Source of the DNA: a virus
Taxonomy: Duplodnaviria; Heunggongvirae; Uroviricota; Caudoviricetes
Virus record (IMG/VR): IMGVR_UViG_3300029288_000078
Span: 1 to 54,732 of that record
DNA: 54,732 bases
Direction: 5' to 3' (one strand)
Position numbers and translations under genes: made by a program. Positions 27,565-37,058 of the stretch are shown here, piece after piece. How positions within the stretch are numbered: position 1 is the stretch's first letter; every line of letters begins with the position of its first letter. The notes under the pieces are model-generated. The model worked only from the letters and a program-made list of their open reading frames with translations. It did no database searches and was not told the DNA's origin.

Positions 27565-27570
27565 AATGAG

Positions 27571-28053
27571 TTGATTATGTTTTGTGGAAATTATCAAACA
27601 GCTAAAGATACTTTGTTTAATACGATACATATGGCGATTCAAACCGGATGGTCGCCTGAACACCATAGAGTTTGTTGGACATGGACTTCAGCTAGTGAGC
27701 TTGTATTATTAGGCAAGATTAAAGAAAAAGTGATTATTGTAGTTGAACAAGTTTTATCTGATTTTGTTGAATTACCAGTATCTTATTGTGGTTGGGTTGC
27801 TTCTAAACTTACTGATCGTTTTCCTTGTGAAAAAATAATGACGTTGATACTTGCAGAATTAGAAAGTTTCTGGTCTACTACTGCTAAGACAAAACACCAA
27901 GAACGTCGTATCAAGAGTATTAAAACAGAACTCATCAAAGAGTTACAAATACTTGATTTTACATGGAGATATAATGACGAAGAAAAATCCACCAAAGAAC
28001 CAAGAGTCCATCAAAGAGAATGTAGAATCGCCCGAAGAGAAAAGCGTATGTAG
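27571..28053 (+). CDS. Hypothetical protein
   Basis: 160 aa ORF; start uncertain. Confidence 0.5.
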   Translation: MIMFCGNYQTAKDTLFNTIHMAIQTGWSPEHHRVCWTWTSASELVLLGKIKEKVIIVVEQVLSDFVELPVSYCGWVASKLTDRFPCEKIMTLILAELESFWSTTAKTKHQERRIKSIKTELIKELQILDFTWRYNDEEKSTKEPRVHQRECRIARREKRM

Positions 28054-28462
28054 TCTTGTCCCTCCTCAAACAGCCTTTAATCGCATAAAAAAAGCCAATG
28101 CACTAACGGGAATTCTTTCTAATAAAGAATTTATAAAGTTAGTTTCTTCATTAGAGGAAGGCGATTATTTGTTGGAGATTTTTGCTCAGGCAGTTGAAAG
28201 TTCATTAGAGGGCATGTTTACTAACGGTACTGCTGCTGATCAACAAGTAAAAGAAAAGGTATCGAATTTAGCGACACAAGTAGACGTGGCGTATGCAAAA
28301 ATGCAGGCAATGTCTAGCAGTCCAATGCAGCTCGTATTAGATCGTTTGTTGCAAAATCTAGGAGCTTCGTTGCCTGCGCCTCAACAGCCAAGACAGCCAC
28401 CGCCTCAAGATTACTTTGCAGATCAACCTTCAGCACGCGGCCAAGGCGTAATGGGATTTTAA
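27974..28462 (+). CDS. Hypothetical protein
   Basis: GGAG SD before ATG 27974; Pro/Gln-rich tail. Confidence 0.55.
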   Translation: MTKKNPPKNQESIKENVESPEEKSVCSLVPPQTAFNRIKKANALTGILSNKEFIKLVSSLEEGDYLLEIFAQAVESSLEGMFTNGTAADQQVKEKVSNLATQVDVAYAKMQAMSSSPMQLVLDRLLQNLGASLPAPQQPRQPPPQDYFADQPSARGQGVMGF

Positions 28463-28750
28463 GTGAAATTACCAGAAATAGTGAATGACTGTTTTGTTGA
28501 GCCGGTTGTTAAAAAGTACGTCATTGGTTTTCCAGAAACAGAAAATCGGCAAGTAAAAAGGTTAAAGTTTTGCTTTATTAATCATAAAGACGCTTTGATG
28601 TTTGCGCGTGGGTTTAATAGTTTTGATATGTCGCAAATTGATGTCAAGTTGGATGTTACAGATTTTATCGCTCGTGGAATTCAGTGTGCCTATTTAGTTC
28701 AGAGAATGTGTTTACCGCTTTCAAAAGCGCTTCTAATAAAAGGGGAATAA
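28463..28750 (+). CDS. Hypothetical protein
   Basis: 95 aa, abuts the previous stop. Confidence 0.5.
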   Translation: MKLPEIVNDCFVEPVVKKYVIGFPETENRQVKRLKFCFINHKDALMFARGFNSFDMSQIDVKLDVTDFIARGIQCAYLVQRMCLPLSKALLIKGE

Positions 28751-28751
28751 G

Positions 28752-29225
28752 ATGAATGATACAAGTTATGTTGAGGAATCAGTGCGTGTTGGATCTAAGC
28801 GAAAAGAAAAAACCGCAAAAGTAATTAAAGAAGGTGTACATGCGACTAAGGAGTTTGCAGCTTATTGCAAAACTCATGATCCTGAATCGGCAGAGGATTT
28901 TTTGTCTAAATCTTCTGAGGAATTAAAGAAAATCATTAGCTACTGTACTGTCGAAATTAAAGAAGAGCGAACTCAGGTAGAAGAAACTCCAGAGTATCAA
29001 AAGGCAAAAGAAGAAGTTAAAGTATTTACCGATGCTCTAGCTGAAATTACAAAACCACTTAAGCATACAATTGAACTTGCTACCCTTCTTTTAAGAGATC
29101 GTGGACAGAATCAACTTGATGCAGGTAAGTTTGAACCTGCACAATTTGGCACCATAGAGTCTGTAAAGCAAACTATGCAGAAACTTAAAGATGATGGCAT
29201 AACTATGGAATTCAAAAAAATCTAA
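28752..29225 (+). CDS. Hypothetical coiled-coil protein
   Basis: 157 aa, GGGGA SD. Confidence 0.6.
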   Translation: MNDTSYVEESVRVGSKRKEKTAKVIKEGVHATKEFAAYCKTHDPESAEDFLSKSSEELKKIISYCTVEIKEERTQVEETPEYQKAKEEVKVFTDALAEITKPLKHTIELATLLLRDRGQNQLDAGKFEPAQFGTIESVKQTMQKLKDDGITMEFKKI

Positions 29226-30187
29226 TGCAGAAGAGCGACAAAATCCTAGACATCTGTGGTCAAAACGGCATAGAGGTTCAACTAATCTCTAGTCGTTTTC
29301 GTTTTCGAGATTGTCCGTTTTGTGGCTCTGAAAAATGGAAGGTTTGGCTCTATGAGTCTAATAGAGATAATTCTATCGCTGGTAGTTGTTTTCGTTGTGG
29401 CCAGAAATTTACCCTATACTCACTCTTAGAAAAATTTAATATAGCTCCTGATGCATTAAGAGAAATTTGTGCAAAAAAAACCATCAATGTAGAAACGGAA
29501 TTTCATTTGTCTGATTTAAATGCTCCTGTGAAAATTATCTCAGAAGACTTTGATGGCGAGTGGAATCACATGCCGTCTTGGAGATATTGGAATATTGACG
29601 ATAAACCAAATCATCCAGCAGCTCTGTATGCAAGTAAAAGAGGTGTGCGTTCGAGTTTGTATTCTGAAATTAAAATTGATGTTTCTGTTAATGCTGTTTG
29701 TTTTTTAGTTAAAGACGAGAATGGCAAAATAGTTGGTTTTCAAAGTCGTTATATAGATCCAAAAACAGAAGCAAAAACACATACTGCTTACGGGTTTAAA
29801 ACTGCTAATGCTCTTTTGCGTTATTACAATACTAGCGATTTGATTTTTGTATGCGAAGGTCCTTTTAATGCGGTATCTGCTCATAACTGGGGACACTCTG
29901 CACTATGTACGTTTGGCAGTAAAATCTCGACTTACCAATTACAAGAAATAAGAAACATCGCCAAGAAATTAAACAAAAAGGTTTGTTTGGCGTTCGATGA
30001 AGATGATCCTGGGTATCACGCCTACTTGTCGGTCAAGGAAGTTTGTTCTGGGTATGGAATAGATGTTTTACGAGTGCGACCAGAATTTGGAAATGACTTA
30101 AACGATTCTTGGAAACAAGGCATGAAATATAAAATTATAGAGACGGATAACCATAGCTTGTATGATTATCTACCGGAGTTATTATGA
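29225..30187 (+). CDS. dnaG: DNA primase (zinc-binding and TOPRIM domains)
   Basis: CPFC...CFRC, GFQSR, CEGPFNA, FDEDDPG and NDLND. Confidence 0.85.
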   Translation: MQKSDKILDICGQNGIEVQLISSRFRFRDCPFCGSEKWKVWLYESNRDNSIAGSCFRCGQKFTLYSLLEKFNIAPDALREICAKKTINVETEFHLSDLNAPVKIISEDFDGEWNHMPSWRYWNIDDKPNHPAALYASKRGVRSSLYSEIKIDVSVNAVCFLVKDENGKIVGFQSRYIDPKTEAKTHTAYGFKTANALLRYYNTSDLIFVCEGPFNAVSAHNWGHSALCTFGSKISTYQLQEIRNIAKKLNKKVCLAFDEDDPGYHAYLSVKEVCSGYGIDVLRVRPEFGNDLNDSWKQGMKYKIIETDNHSLYDYLPELL

Positions 30188-30798
30188 AAATTGAAGTAAA
30201 ATTGTTAGATCATATGGGTAATGACGATACTGTTTGTCAAGCTGCTTGGGTTTCGAGCGGTAGACAGTCCAATAAAACAGCGGCAGATAAAGAAAAACTG
30301 ATTAAATATTTGGCAGATAATAAACACGAAACTCCTTTTGAACACGTACAGTTTACTTTTCATTTGCGCGTACCTCAACGTATTGGCGTGCAAGTTATTC
30401 GTCATAGAACTGGAAAACACAATGCGGGTTCTGCCAGATATGGACATAAATTTACAGAAACGTTTAAAAGTGGATATCCTGAACTTGTTGAACTTGAACA
30501 AGACGCTCAAAACATTCTTGATAAATATAATCATGTGTTAGAAAACATTGCTGATTATCCACCAATGGTACGTCGCAGAATTAGAGAGTGTGCTGCTTTT
30601 AGTATCCCTCAAGGTACGATGGTAGAACAAATAATGACTATCGACTTACGTAATTTAAAAAACTTCTTAGTGCAGCGTTTAGCCGTAGATGCACAGCCAG
30701 AAATACAAGAAGTTGCAAAACAAATGAAAGATCACATCGAGCTTTATCTGGCGACTTCTTTGTCAATGGTACGTAAATATTATTTGAAAGAGATTTAA
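30184..30798 (+). CDS. thyX: Flavin-dependent thymidylate synthase
   Basis: HETPFEH, IRHR......SARY and QRL..DAQPEI. Confidence 0.9.
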   Translation: MKIEVKLLDHMGNDDTVCQAAWVSSGRQSNKTAADKEKLIKYLADNKHETPFEHVQFTFHLRVPQRIGVQVIRHRTGKHNAGSARYGHKFTETFKSGYPELVELEQDAQNILDKYNHVLENIADYPPMVRRRIRECAAFSIPQGTMVEQIMTIDLRNLKNFLVQRLAVDAQPEIQEVAKQMKDHIELYLATSLSMVRKYYLKEI

Positions 30799-30800
30799 TC

Positions 30801-31445
30801 ATGACAATAGAGATTTTTGACTTTAATAAAGTAGAAGGTTTTAATCGTCATATTGCCATGTCTATTCCTAATTATGAACAGTTGTTTTCTATTTTTTTGG
30901 AATTAGTATCTGTTTTTAGTGAACCAGAGACATGTGTTATTGATTATGGGTGCTCTGCGGGTAGATTGCTTTTAGAATTGCCTAAAAAAGCTTCTTGTAA
31001 GTATTTTGGTGTAGATGTGGCCGAGTTATTGCCGACTAGTAATGTAGACGTTCAATTTAACAAAGCAGATGCAATAGCATACGGACGATCTTTTAATGAA
31101 CCTGTTTCTGTTGTGATTAGCATGTTCTTCTTACAGTTTTTAGGTAATAGAAAACGAAAAGAAATGTTAAAAGTCTTACGAGATCAAGTTAGTTCTGGAG
31201 CGACTTTATTAATTTCGGAAAAAACATTAATCGATGACAGTATTATTAATGCAATTATTTCGCGATTACATGTACAAGAAAAAAGAAAAAATTTCGCTGA
31301 TGATGAGATTTTAAATAAAGATAGGCAGCTATTGCGTTCTATGTTTTGCAGACAAGAATCTGAATTACTCGACGAGTTGAACAATATCGGTACGGTAACT
31401 AAGGTATGGCAAAGTTATAATTTTTGTGGATATATAGTCAAATGA
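30801..31445 (+). CDS. CmoA-like SAM-dependent enzyme (putative carboxy-SAM synthase)
   Basis: FDFN...F..HI..SIPNY, IDYGCSAG, FFLQFL, LLISEK and WQSYNF as in CmoA. Confidence 0.75.
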   Translation: MTIEIFDFNKVEGFNRHIAMSIPNYEQLFSIFLELVSVFSEPETCVIDYGCSAGRLLLELPKKASCKYFGVDVAELLPTSNVDVQFNKADAIAYGRSFNEPVSVVISMFFLQFLGNRKRKEMLKVLRDQVSSGATLLISEKTLIDDSIINAIISRLHVQEKRKNFADDEILNKDRQLLRSMFCRQESELLDELNNIGTVTKVWQSYNFCGYIVK

Positions 31446-32344
31446 AAAGCATATTAGATTTATTTTCTGGCATAGGTGGGTTTACATTAGGATTAGAGAA
31501 GTCTAATTATTTTAAAACGAAATGTTTTTGTGAGATCGAGCCTTATTGTCAAAAAGTATTAAAGAAAAATTATCCAGACGTTCCTATTATTCAGGACATA
31601 AGATTGTTTCATCCAAAGCAAGGTGAATACGATGTAATGTGTGGCGGATCGCCTTGCCAGGATATTTCTATAGCCGGCAAATTTATTGGCGGTATTGATG
31701 GCAAAAAGTCTGGATTATGGGCAGAATATAAACGCATAATTAATGAAGGAAAGCCGACCTATGCAATCATTGAAAACGTTAGCGCTCTCATTAACAGAGG
31801 ATTGGCAAGAATACTTCGTGACCTTGCCGAAATCGGGTACGATGCGACTTGGACGACATACGACAGCAAATATTTCGGAGTGCCACAGCGTAGACGTAGA
31901 GTTTTTATTGTTGCCTTCCGTAATGGAATCCCTGCCGGAGCCGATTTGTTCCAGTTTAAAGAACGTGATTGCGCACGATTACAATCCAAGATGGCGACTG
32001 TCGATAGCCAATTTGAAAGCCATTTTGCGGAAAAACACACAGGGCGGCAAATATCCTTCTTTACTCATCAGCGTAGTAACCAACTTGCTGAATGTGGAGT
32101 CAGCAGTACTTTAGCGAAAAGAGATTACAAAAGCGCTACTGATCTTGTTTTGGATAGGTACATACGTCGAGTAACTCCTGTGGAGAGATTGAGGTTGCAA
32201 GGGTTCCCAGATGACTGGTTTGATGGCTGCGACTTATCGGTAACGCAAAAATTTACGTGTAACGGCATGACTGTTCCTGTTGTTGAATATATTGGAACTT
32301 TATTGCGAGATTATGATTTAAGCTTGGAACAATCTAATGATTGA
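31442..32344 (+). CDS. C5-cytosine DNA methyltransferase 1
   Basis: LFSGIGG, GSPCQ, ENV, QRRRR and RLQGFPD; motif X region reads TCNGM. Confidence 0.92.
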   Translation: MKSILDLFSGIGGFTLGLEKSNYFKTKCFCEIEPYCQKVLKKNYPDVPIIQDIRLFHPKQGEYDVMCGGSPCQDISIAGKFIGGIDGKKSGLWAEYKRIINEGKPTYAIIENVSALINRGLARILRDLAEIGYDATWTTYDSKYFGVPQRRRRVFIVAFRNGIPAGADLFQFKERDCARLQSKMATVDSQFESHFAEKHTGRQISFFTHQRSNQLAECGVSSTLAKRDYKSATDLVLDRYIRRVTPVERLRLQGFPDDWFDGCDLSVTQKFTCNGMTVPVVEYIGTLLRDYDLSLEQSND

Positions 32345-33383
32345 ACAGCTTCCTATAAACGGGTTAACCGTCGGTGATTTGTTTTGTGGCGCTGGTATTG
32401 GTGGATTGGGTTCGAAGCTTGCGGGTTTTGTTACTGCTTATGCTTTTGACAATAATCCGATAGCAGTGCAGACGTTTAATAAAAATGTAGAAAACGTTGC
32501 ATATGTAGCCGATGCAAATACAATTAAGTTAGAGGATCTACCGTTTGTTGATATTATTACTGCGGGTTTTCCTTGTAAGCCTTTTTCTGTTTGTGGCAAA
32601 AGAGAAGGTGTAAACGACAAACAGTATGGCAATTTAGGAGCTATTACTTTAGATATTATTTTAAATAAAAAACCCAGAGCTTTTTTATTAGAAAACGTCA
32701 AAGGTATTGTTTCTAAAGCAAATAAACTGTTTTTTTTGGAATTAATCGCAGCATTAGAAACTGAATATGTAGTTTCTTGGAAATTATTGGACTGTTCTGA
32801 TTATGGAGTGCCGCAAAAAAGAGAGCGTGTTTTTGTGATCGGGATTAGAAAAGATATCTGCCGTGAGTTTGTGTTTCCATTACCCACACATCTTTTGAAT
32901 AAAATAACTGTGATGAACGCTATTGGTGATTTGCCAAAAAATCCGTGTAATTCGGTATCAAATCATTCGAGGAATTGTGGTATCAGGAATGACGAAAAGC
33001 CATTTGTAAATCAAATACCTGTTGGTGGTAATTGGAAAGCGTTACCGATTGATGATCAGAAGCTGTTTATGAAGAAGGGTTTTTATAGCGGAGGAGGAAG
33101 GACAGGCGCTTTATATAAAGTAGATCCTAACAAACCTGCCAAAACCATCTTAAGCTCGCCTATGGGAAAAGCAACTGCTCAGATTTTACACTGGGATGGA
33201 TGTGTGCCTAGGCGATTTACAGTAAGAGAGTGTTTACGGCTTCAAAGTGTGCCAGATTTCTTTGAGTTTGATGAATCTATATCGCTATTGAAGCAATATG
33301 AAAGATGTAGCGGGATTCCAACCTTAATGTCATATATTTTAATGAAAGAAATTGCAATTATTTTAAAACAAGGGGCTTTATGA
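32337..33383 (+). CDS. C5-cytosine DNA methyltransferase 2 (atypical motif X)
   Basis: LFCGAG, GFPCK, ENVKG, QKRER and RLQSVPD; motif X region reads YERCSGIP with no Asn. Confidence 0.9.
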   Translation: MIEQLPINGLTVGDLFCGAGIGGLGSKLAGFVTAYAFDNNPIAVQTFNKNVENVAYVADANTIKLEDLPFVDIITAGFPCKPFSVCGKREGVNDKQYGNLGAITLDIILNKKPRAFLLENVKGIVSKANKLFFLELIAALETEYVVSWKLLDCSDYGVPQKRERVFVIGIRKDICREFVFPLPTHLLNKITVMNAIGDLPKNPCNSVSNHSRNCGIRNDEKPFVNQIPVGGNWKALPIDDQKLFMKKGFYSGGGRTGALYKVDPNKPAKTILSSPMGKATAQILHWDGCVPRRFTVRECLRLQSVPDFFEFDESISLLKQYERCSGIPTLMSYILMKEIAIILKQGAL

Positions 33384-33577
33384 AAATCAGTGAATTGATT
33401 AGTAGATTAGAAGAAACTAAAACGAATCATGGCGATATTGAAGTAAAAGTGTTTGACAGTGAAGAGTGTGATGGCAGTTTAGAGGAGATAAATTTTTGTT
33501 TCTGTTTGGACGAAAGCGATAAGGTGTTGTCATTGGCATTGGGTGATGCATTTTGGGCGGATGCTTTTTCAGAGTGA
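33380..33577 (+). CDS. Hypothetical protein
   Basis: MKISELI...HGDIEV small phage protein, ATGA-coupled. Confidence 0.6.
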   Translation: MKISELISRLEETKTNHGDIEVKVFDSEECDGSLEEINFCFCLDESDKVLSLALGDAFWADAFSE

Positions 33578-33769
33578 GCTGCTAAGCATTGTTTTTCTAA
33601 GTTTTTTCAATTTACTTAGTGGCGTGTTTTCCATTATTTTTAATTTATCGTAATATACAGGCGATTCTTTAAGGTGATCGAGAGTTATTTTTAAACGAGT
33701 GGTTGGATCGTTTGTGTGTTCACTTTCTACTCGATACCCTGCTAGTATTTCTTTTGATTTTTCGTTCAT
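33569..33769 (-). CDS. DUF5661-like protein
   Basis: GYRVESEHT...ITLDHLKESPVYYDKL. Confidence 0.75.
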   Translation of the reverse strand: MNEKSKEILAGYRVESEHTNDPTTRLKITLDHLKESPVYYDKLKIMENTPLSKLKKLRKTMLSSSL

Positions 33770-33770
33770 A

Positions 33771-34922
33771 CTAATCCCTTTGGAAAACTGGCATAGCTTT
33801 TTTTAGAGCCATGCATTTGCGTAGTTTTTGTAGCTTCTCCATAGAAGAACAGTCATTTTTGACAATATATTCTGGAGTGTTGCATTCGTTTTCTGTTTTG
33901 TCTAATGAAGCGTTACAAAATGCCCATGGGTTTTTCTCTTCTGTAGTTTGACCTTCGGCTTTGTTTTTAGCTTTAACGTGCATTACACAGCGTTCAAATT
34001 TATCCTTAGTGGTATTGCCTTCAGCTTTGTGCATCCCTGTTAACGCGCCTTGGGAGTGCTGTATCGGGTTGTGCAAAGGTGGTTTTGCGCCAGATTGAGA
34101 ATACGTTGGACGTTTGAATGTTGAGTAGTCTAATGTAGGTGGTTCGGCAGGTGGTTTAGGTGCGGTAGCCTTTCCTTTATTTTGAGCAGCTAACCAAGCA
34201 GCGGAATCGTCGGTTTTATTAAGTGGCTGTGGCGGTTTAGGTGCGGCTGGTGCTTGTGGCATGTTATTTACTTTTCCGGTCATTGCACTTGCTTTGGGAG
34301 GTACGCCAACTTTAGGCATAGGCATAGCTGGTGAACTTACGGAGGTTTTTTGTCCAGCAACACCAGTCATTGGGCGTTTAACTTCAATGCCTTCTATTTT
34401 AGCGTTAACTTTAGGCGTGCCAGTAGCTTTGGTCATCGGTTCGTTTGTAGAATCAGACATATTTTGACTGCTTTCTGAAATGGATGGAGAAGCGTTGGTT
34501 GCAAAATACGTTTGCCCATTGCCTCGTTGAAAATAATAACCAGAGATTTTGCTATTTATATTTTGGTGATGATTGGTAGTTACGTGTGGTCGATAGGTTG
34601 GAAATCGACTTGGGTGTAGCGCTTCCATTTGTTGTTTTATTTCTGGATCTAAATGTGGCGCTAATTGATCATTAACTAAAACTCTAATATCTTTTTCAGG
34701 ACCAAAATGTTCTGTTTGGTTTAATTGTATCGGTTTGGCTTGTAATGGTTTTTTCGCGAAATGTTCTTTTAATTTATTAACGACATCTTGAGCTTGTTCT
34801 TCGGTTAATCCTCTGAAATAATGATGGCTCAGATGTAACTCTGGGTGGCCTTCTATAGAATATGCGAGCATCCAATCATTTTCGTCAGGTTCTCTCATAC
34901 CCTTTTCCAGTAAATCAAACAC
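33771..34922 (-). CDS. 2H phosphoesterase (Acb1-like) domain fused to Pro-rich linkers; putative virion protein
   Basis: Two HxS/T motifs (LHLSH, PHVTT); low-complexity linkers; KFERCV...NPWAFC mini-domain. Confidence 0.6.
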   Translation of the reverse strand: MFDLLEKGMREPDENDWMLAYSIEGHPELHLSHHYFRGLTEEQAQDVVNKLKEHFAKKPLQAKPIQLNQTEHFGPEKDIRVLVNDQLAPHLDPEIKQQMEALHPSRFPTYRPHVTTNHHQNINSKISGYYFQRGNGQTYFATNASPSISESSQNMSDSTNEPMTKATGTPKVNAKIEGIEVKRPMTGVAGQKTSVSSPAMPMPKVGVPPKASAMTGKVNNMPQAPAAPKPPQPLNKTDDSAAWLAAQNKGKATAPKPPAEPPTLDYSTFKRPTYSQSGAKPPLHNPIQHSQGALTGMHKAEGNTTKDKFERCVMHVKAKNKAEGQTTEEKNPWAFCNASLDKTENECNTPEYIVKNDCSSMEKLQKLRKCMALKKAMPVFQRD

Positions 34923-35634
34923 TGCTTTTTACCTTCTCAGTTATGTTTTTTAGTTTTCCAGTGAGAGTGTGTAGAGATTTTTCTAAAGCTTTTTCTCTAC
35001 GTTCTTTGGAATTCTGCAAAACTCGTTCAAACTGGGAATGATCTTTACCCATTTCATTAAGCTGTGTGGCAATTCTACGAATCCAAGGGTGTTTCCAGAT
35101 TTCTTCTCGTTCTGCATCTGTTTGAACACCGTTATCCATAAAGTTATCAAATTTAGCATCCTGTTCGGCAGTTACGTCTTCGAACGCTTCTTCTGTGGCT
35201 TTGTCTAAAGAGTTTTCTATTACGGCTTCGGCTGGTTCTTCGGAATTTTCATCAGCAGTATTATCTGGTTCTATCTTAATTTCTTTATCGTCGGCTACTT
35301 CTGGTGCAAATTCTTTTAAGGTTTGCCAGTTATCAAAAACCCAATCCTTTGTCTTTTGTACAGCTAATGGCATATCAGTTTCGTTTGTTGCGTGCCGTTG
35401 AATTTTTTCATCAAATTTATTATTGGCTTCATTCCATCTACGTAATAAGATGTAAACTTCACCTAAATTGTCAGGATCAAAAACAAACACATCGTATCCG
35501 TGCTCAGGTTGCCAATGTTGAATGCCAGTTAGCTTGGTAGTCCATTCTTGGGTGGATTTTTTTAATACTTCCAATAATAGATAGGCGTTTCTTTTTGTAG
35601 CTTCATCTCTTCGTTTTTTGTATTGCTCGATCAT
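34915..35634 (-). CDS. Hypothetical acidic protein, putative virion/head-associated
   Basis: LKKS, LDKA and LEKS motifs; acidic linker. Confidence 0.55.
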   Translation of the reverse strand: MIEQYKKRRDEATKRNAYLLLEVLKKSTQEWTTKLTGIQHWQPEHGYDVFVFDPDNLGEVYILLRRWNEANNKFDEKIQRHATNETDMPLAVQKTKDWVFDNWQTLKEFAPEVADDKEIKIEPDNTADENSEEPAEAVIENSLDKATEEAFEDVTAEQDAKFDNFMDNGVQTDAEREEIWKHPWIRRIATQLNEMGKDHSQFERVLQNSKERREKALEKSLHTLTGKLKNITEKVKSSV

Positions 35635-35702
35635 GTTATTCCCTTTAATTAGGCATAAATATATTCTTACACGTTTTGCTGGTTAAAGGGTAGTCGGGCA
35701 AT

Positions 35703-36341
35703 CTAGTGACGAATTTCTAAGACTATATCGAAAGCTTTTGTGTCATATAGCATTTCAGGAGTCAGACAGCCGTATTTCTTTAACATAGCGTCTAGTGCAA
35801 TAAAGGAAGGGCTTTCTGGAGCTGCTTTTTGTAGTAATAAATAGACGACTTCAATGCAGGAGAGTTTAGAAGCATTGGCAAAATCAAAGAGCGAATCATA
35901 TGGCACGCCGAGTATGGTAACGGCATTATCAAACATTTCTTTCCAGTCTTGTAGTGTTAATCCTTTGGGAATTAACAAACAAGCAGAATCACAATTAAAT
36001 ACAGCATCAAAACTAGTCCAATGTGTTCCAACACCTGTAGCCTCAATCATTTTAAAAGGTTCATCGTCTTTTTCTATGTTAACAAGTGCGTGTCCATAAT
36101 AGCCCCAGCTCCCAGTTTTTATATAGTGAGCTAGTGAGGTTCCGTAGGTAGATAGGTGGCTGTTCCTGCGGGTAAGAATAATGCAAGAATTTTTTTCTAA
36201 AATATCTTCGATTTGTTTCCACTCTTCTTTGGATAATAAGAATTTTTTGCCGTTATGAAAAGTAGCAAACAATCCTTCCCATGTTACTTTTCCAAGAATA
36301 TTTAAAACCACATAATCAACTGTGTGCTGGTAAAAGTTCAT
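35703..36341 (-). CDS. Permuted papain-like NlpC/P60 amidase (YiiX/YaeF-like)
   Basis: YGHAL...EAT...PYD.LF...LSCIEVV (His before Cys). Confidence 0.8.
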   Translation of the reverse strand: MNFYQHTVDYVVLNILGKVTWEGLFATFHNGKKFLLSKEEWKQIEDILEKNSCIILTRRNSHLSTYGTSLAHYIKTGSWGYYGHALVNIEKDDEPFKMIEATGVGTHWTSFDAVFNCDSACLLIPKGLTLQDWKEMFDNAVTILGVPYDSLFDFANASKLSCIEVVYLLLQKAAPESPSFIALDAMLKKYGCLTPEMLYDTKAFDIVLEIRH

Positions 36342-36347
36342 TTATTG

Positions 36348-36385
36348 CCTCTCTGTTTGTTGTTTATTTTATTTTAACAGAGAGG
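36348..36385 (-). promoter_or_regulatory. 10-bp inverted repeat covering the SD of the amidase gene
   Basis: CCTCTCTGTT...AACAGAGAGG; extended -10 TGTTAAAAT at the arm/loop boundary. Confidence 0.55.
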
Positions 36386-36392
36386 GGAGGGG

Positions 36393-37058
36393 TTAAAGTG
36401 TTTTGCGATGTTTCATACTTCTGGAGTTATGGACATTTTCTTTGTGTGTTGCCCATCGGGTGTTTTCTGGCGAATATTCTTTATCGTTGTCGATTCTATC
36501 TAGTTCTAGTTTTGGTGGTTTTTCTACTAAATCTGCAATGTAATTATTGCAATCGTGCCATCTCGCGCAGACTGTTATTCCTCTTGCTCCGTACCATCTA
36601 TAGTTATGTGCTTTTGGATTATAACAACGTGCCATCATTTGATTCCACATTTTTCCAAGCTGTAGGTGAGTAAGTCCGTTCCGAAATCGTCGGTGACACT
36701 TTCCCAGTTGACATGATTTGGTTTTTTCTAACCATAAATCACGCCCAGCTAATTCCTTAATGTTTCCACATTTGCATTGGCATTTGTAATAAAAAGGATA
36801 ATATTTTTCTGGGTAAATAATAGGTTCGCTGATTACAGTCCAATCGTTAAATATCGTTCCGATTGGAAGTATTCGACATTTAGGACATGATAACGCTTTC
36901 ATAGTTTTTAATCGAGAGCCTCTGATGTTTTTAATATAGCCGCATTTGCATTCGCAGAGATAATTATGTGGTTGTTGCTTCGCTATTTGAGTTGGTTCGC
37001 CAATAACTGTCCAGCATCCAAACATGGTTCCTATTGGGATTGGTAAAAAAATGGACAT
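36393..37058 (-). CDS. HNH homing-type endonuclease with duplicated N-terminal module
   Basis: YGARGITVCARW and LDRIDNDKEYSPENTRWAT; two PIGT.F..WTVI.EP...C.CKCG repeats. Confidence 0.85.
   Translation of the reverse strand: MSIFLPIPIGTMFGCWTVIGEPTQIAKQQPHNYLCECKCGYIKNIRGSRLKTMKALSCPKCRILPIGTIFNDWTVISEPIIYPEKYYPFYYKCQCKCGNIKELAGRDLWLEKTKSCQLGKCHRRFRNGLTHLQLGKMWNQMMARCYNPKAHNYRWYGARGITVCARWHDCNNYIADLVEKPPKLELDRIDNDKEYSPENTRWATHKENVHNSRSMKHRKTL

Noticed and set aside
30801-33383. Restriction-modification system
   Set aside because: No restriction endonuclease is recognisable next to the methyltransferases; orphan phage modification enzymes fit better.
36393-37058. Group I intron around the HNH genes (also 50077-50817)
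   Set aside because: The flanking genes are complete and unrelated, so no interrupted host gene is evident; treated as free-standing.
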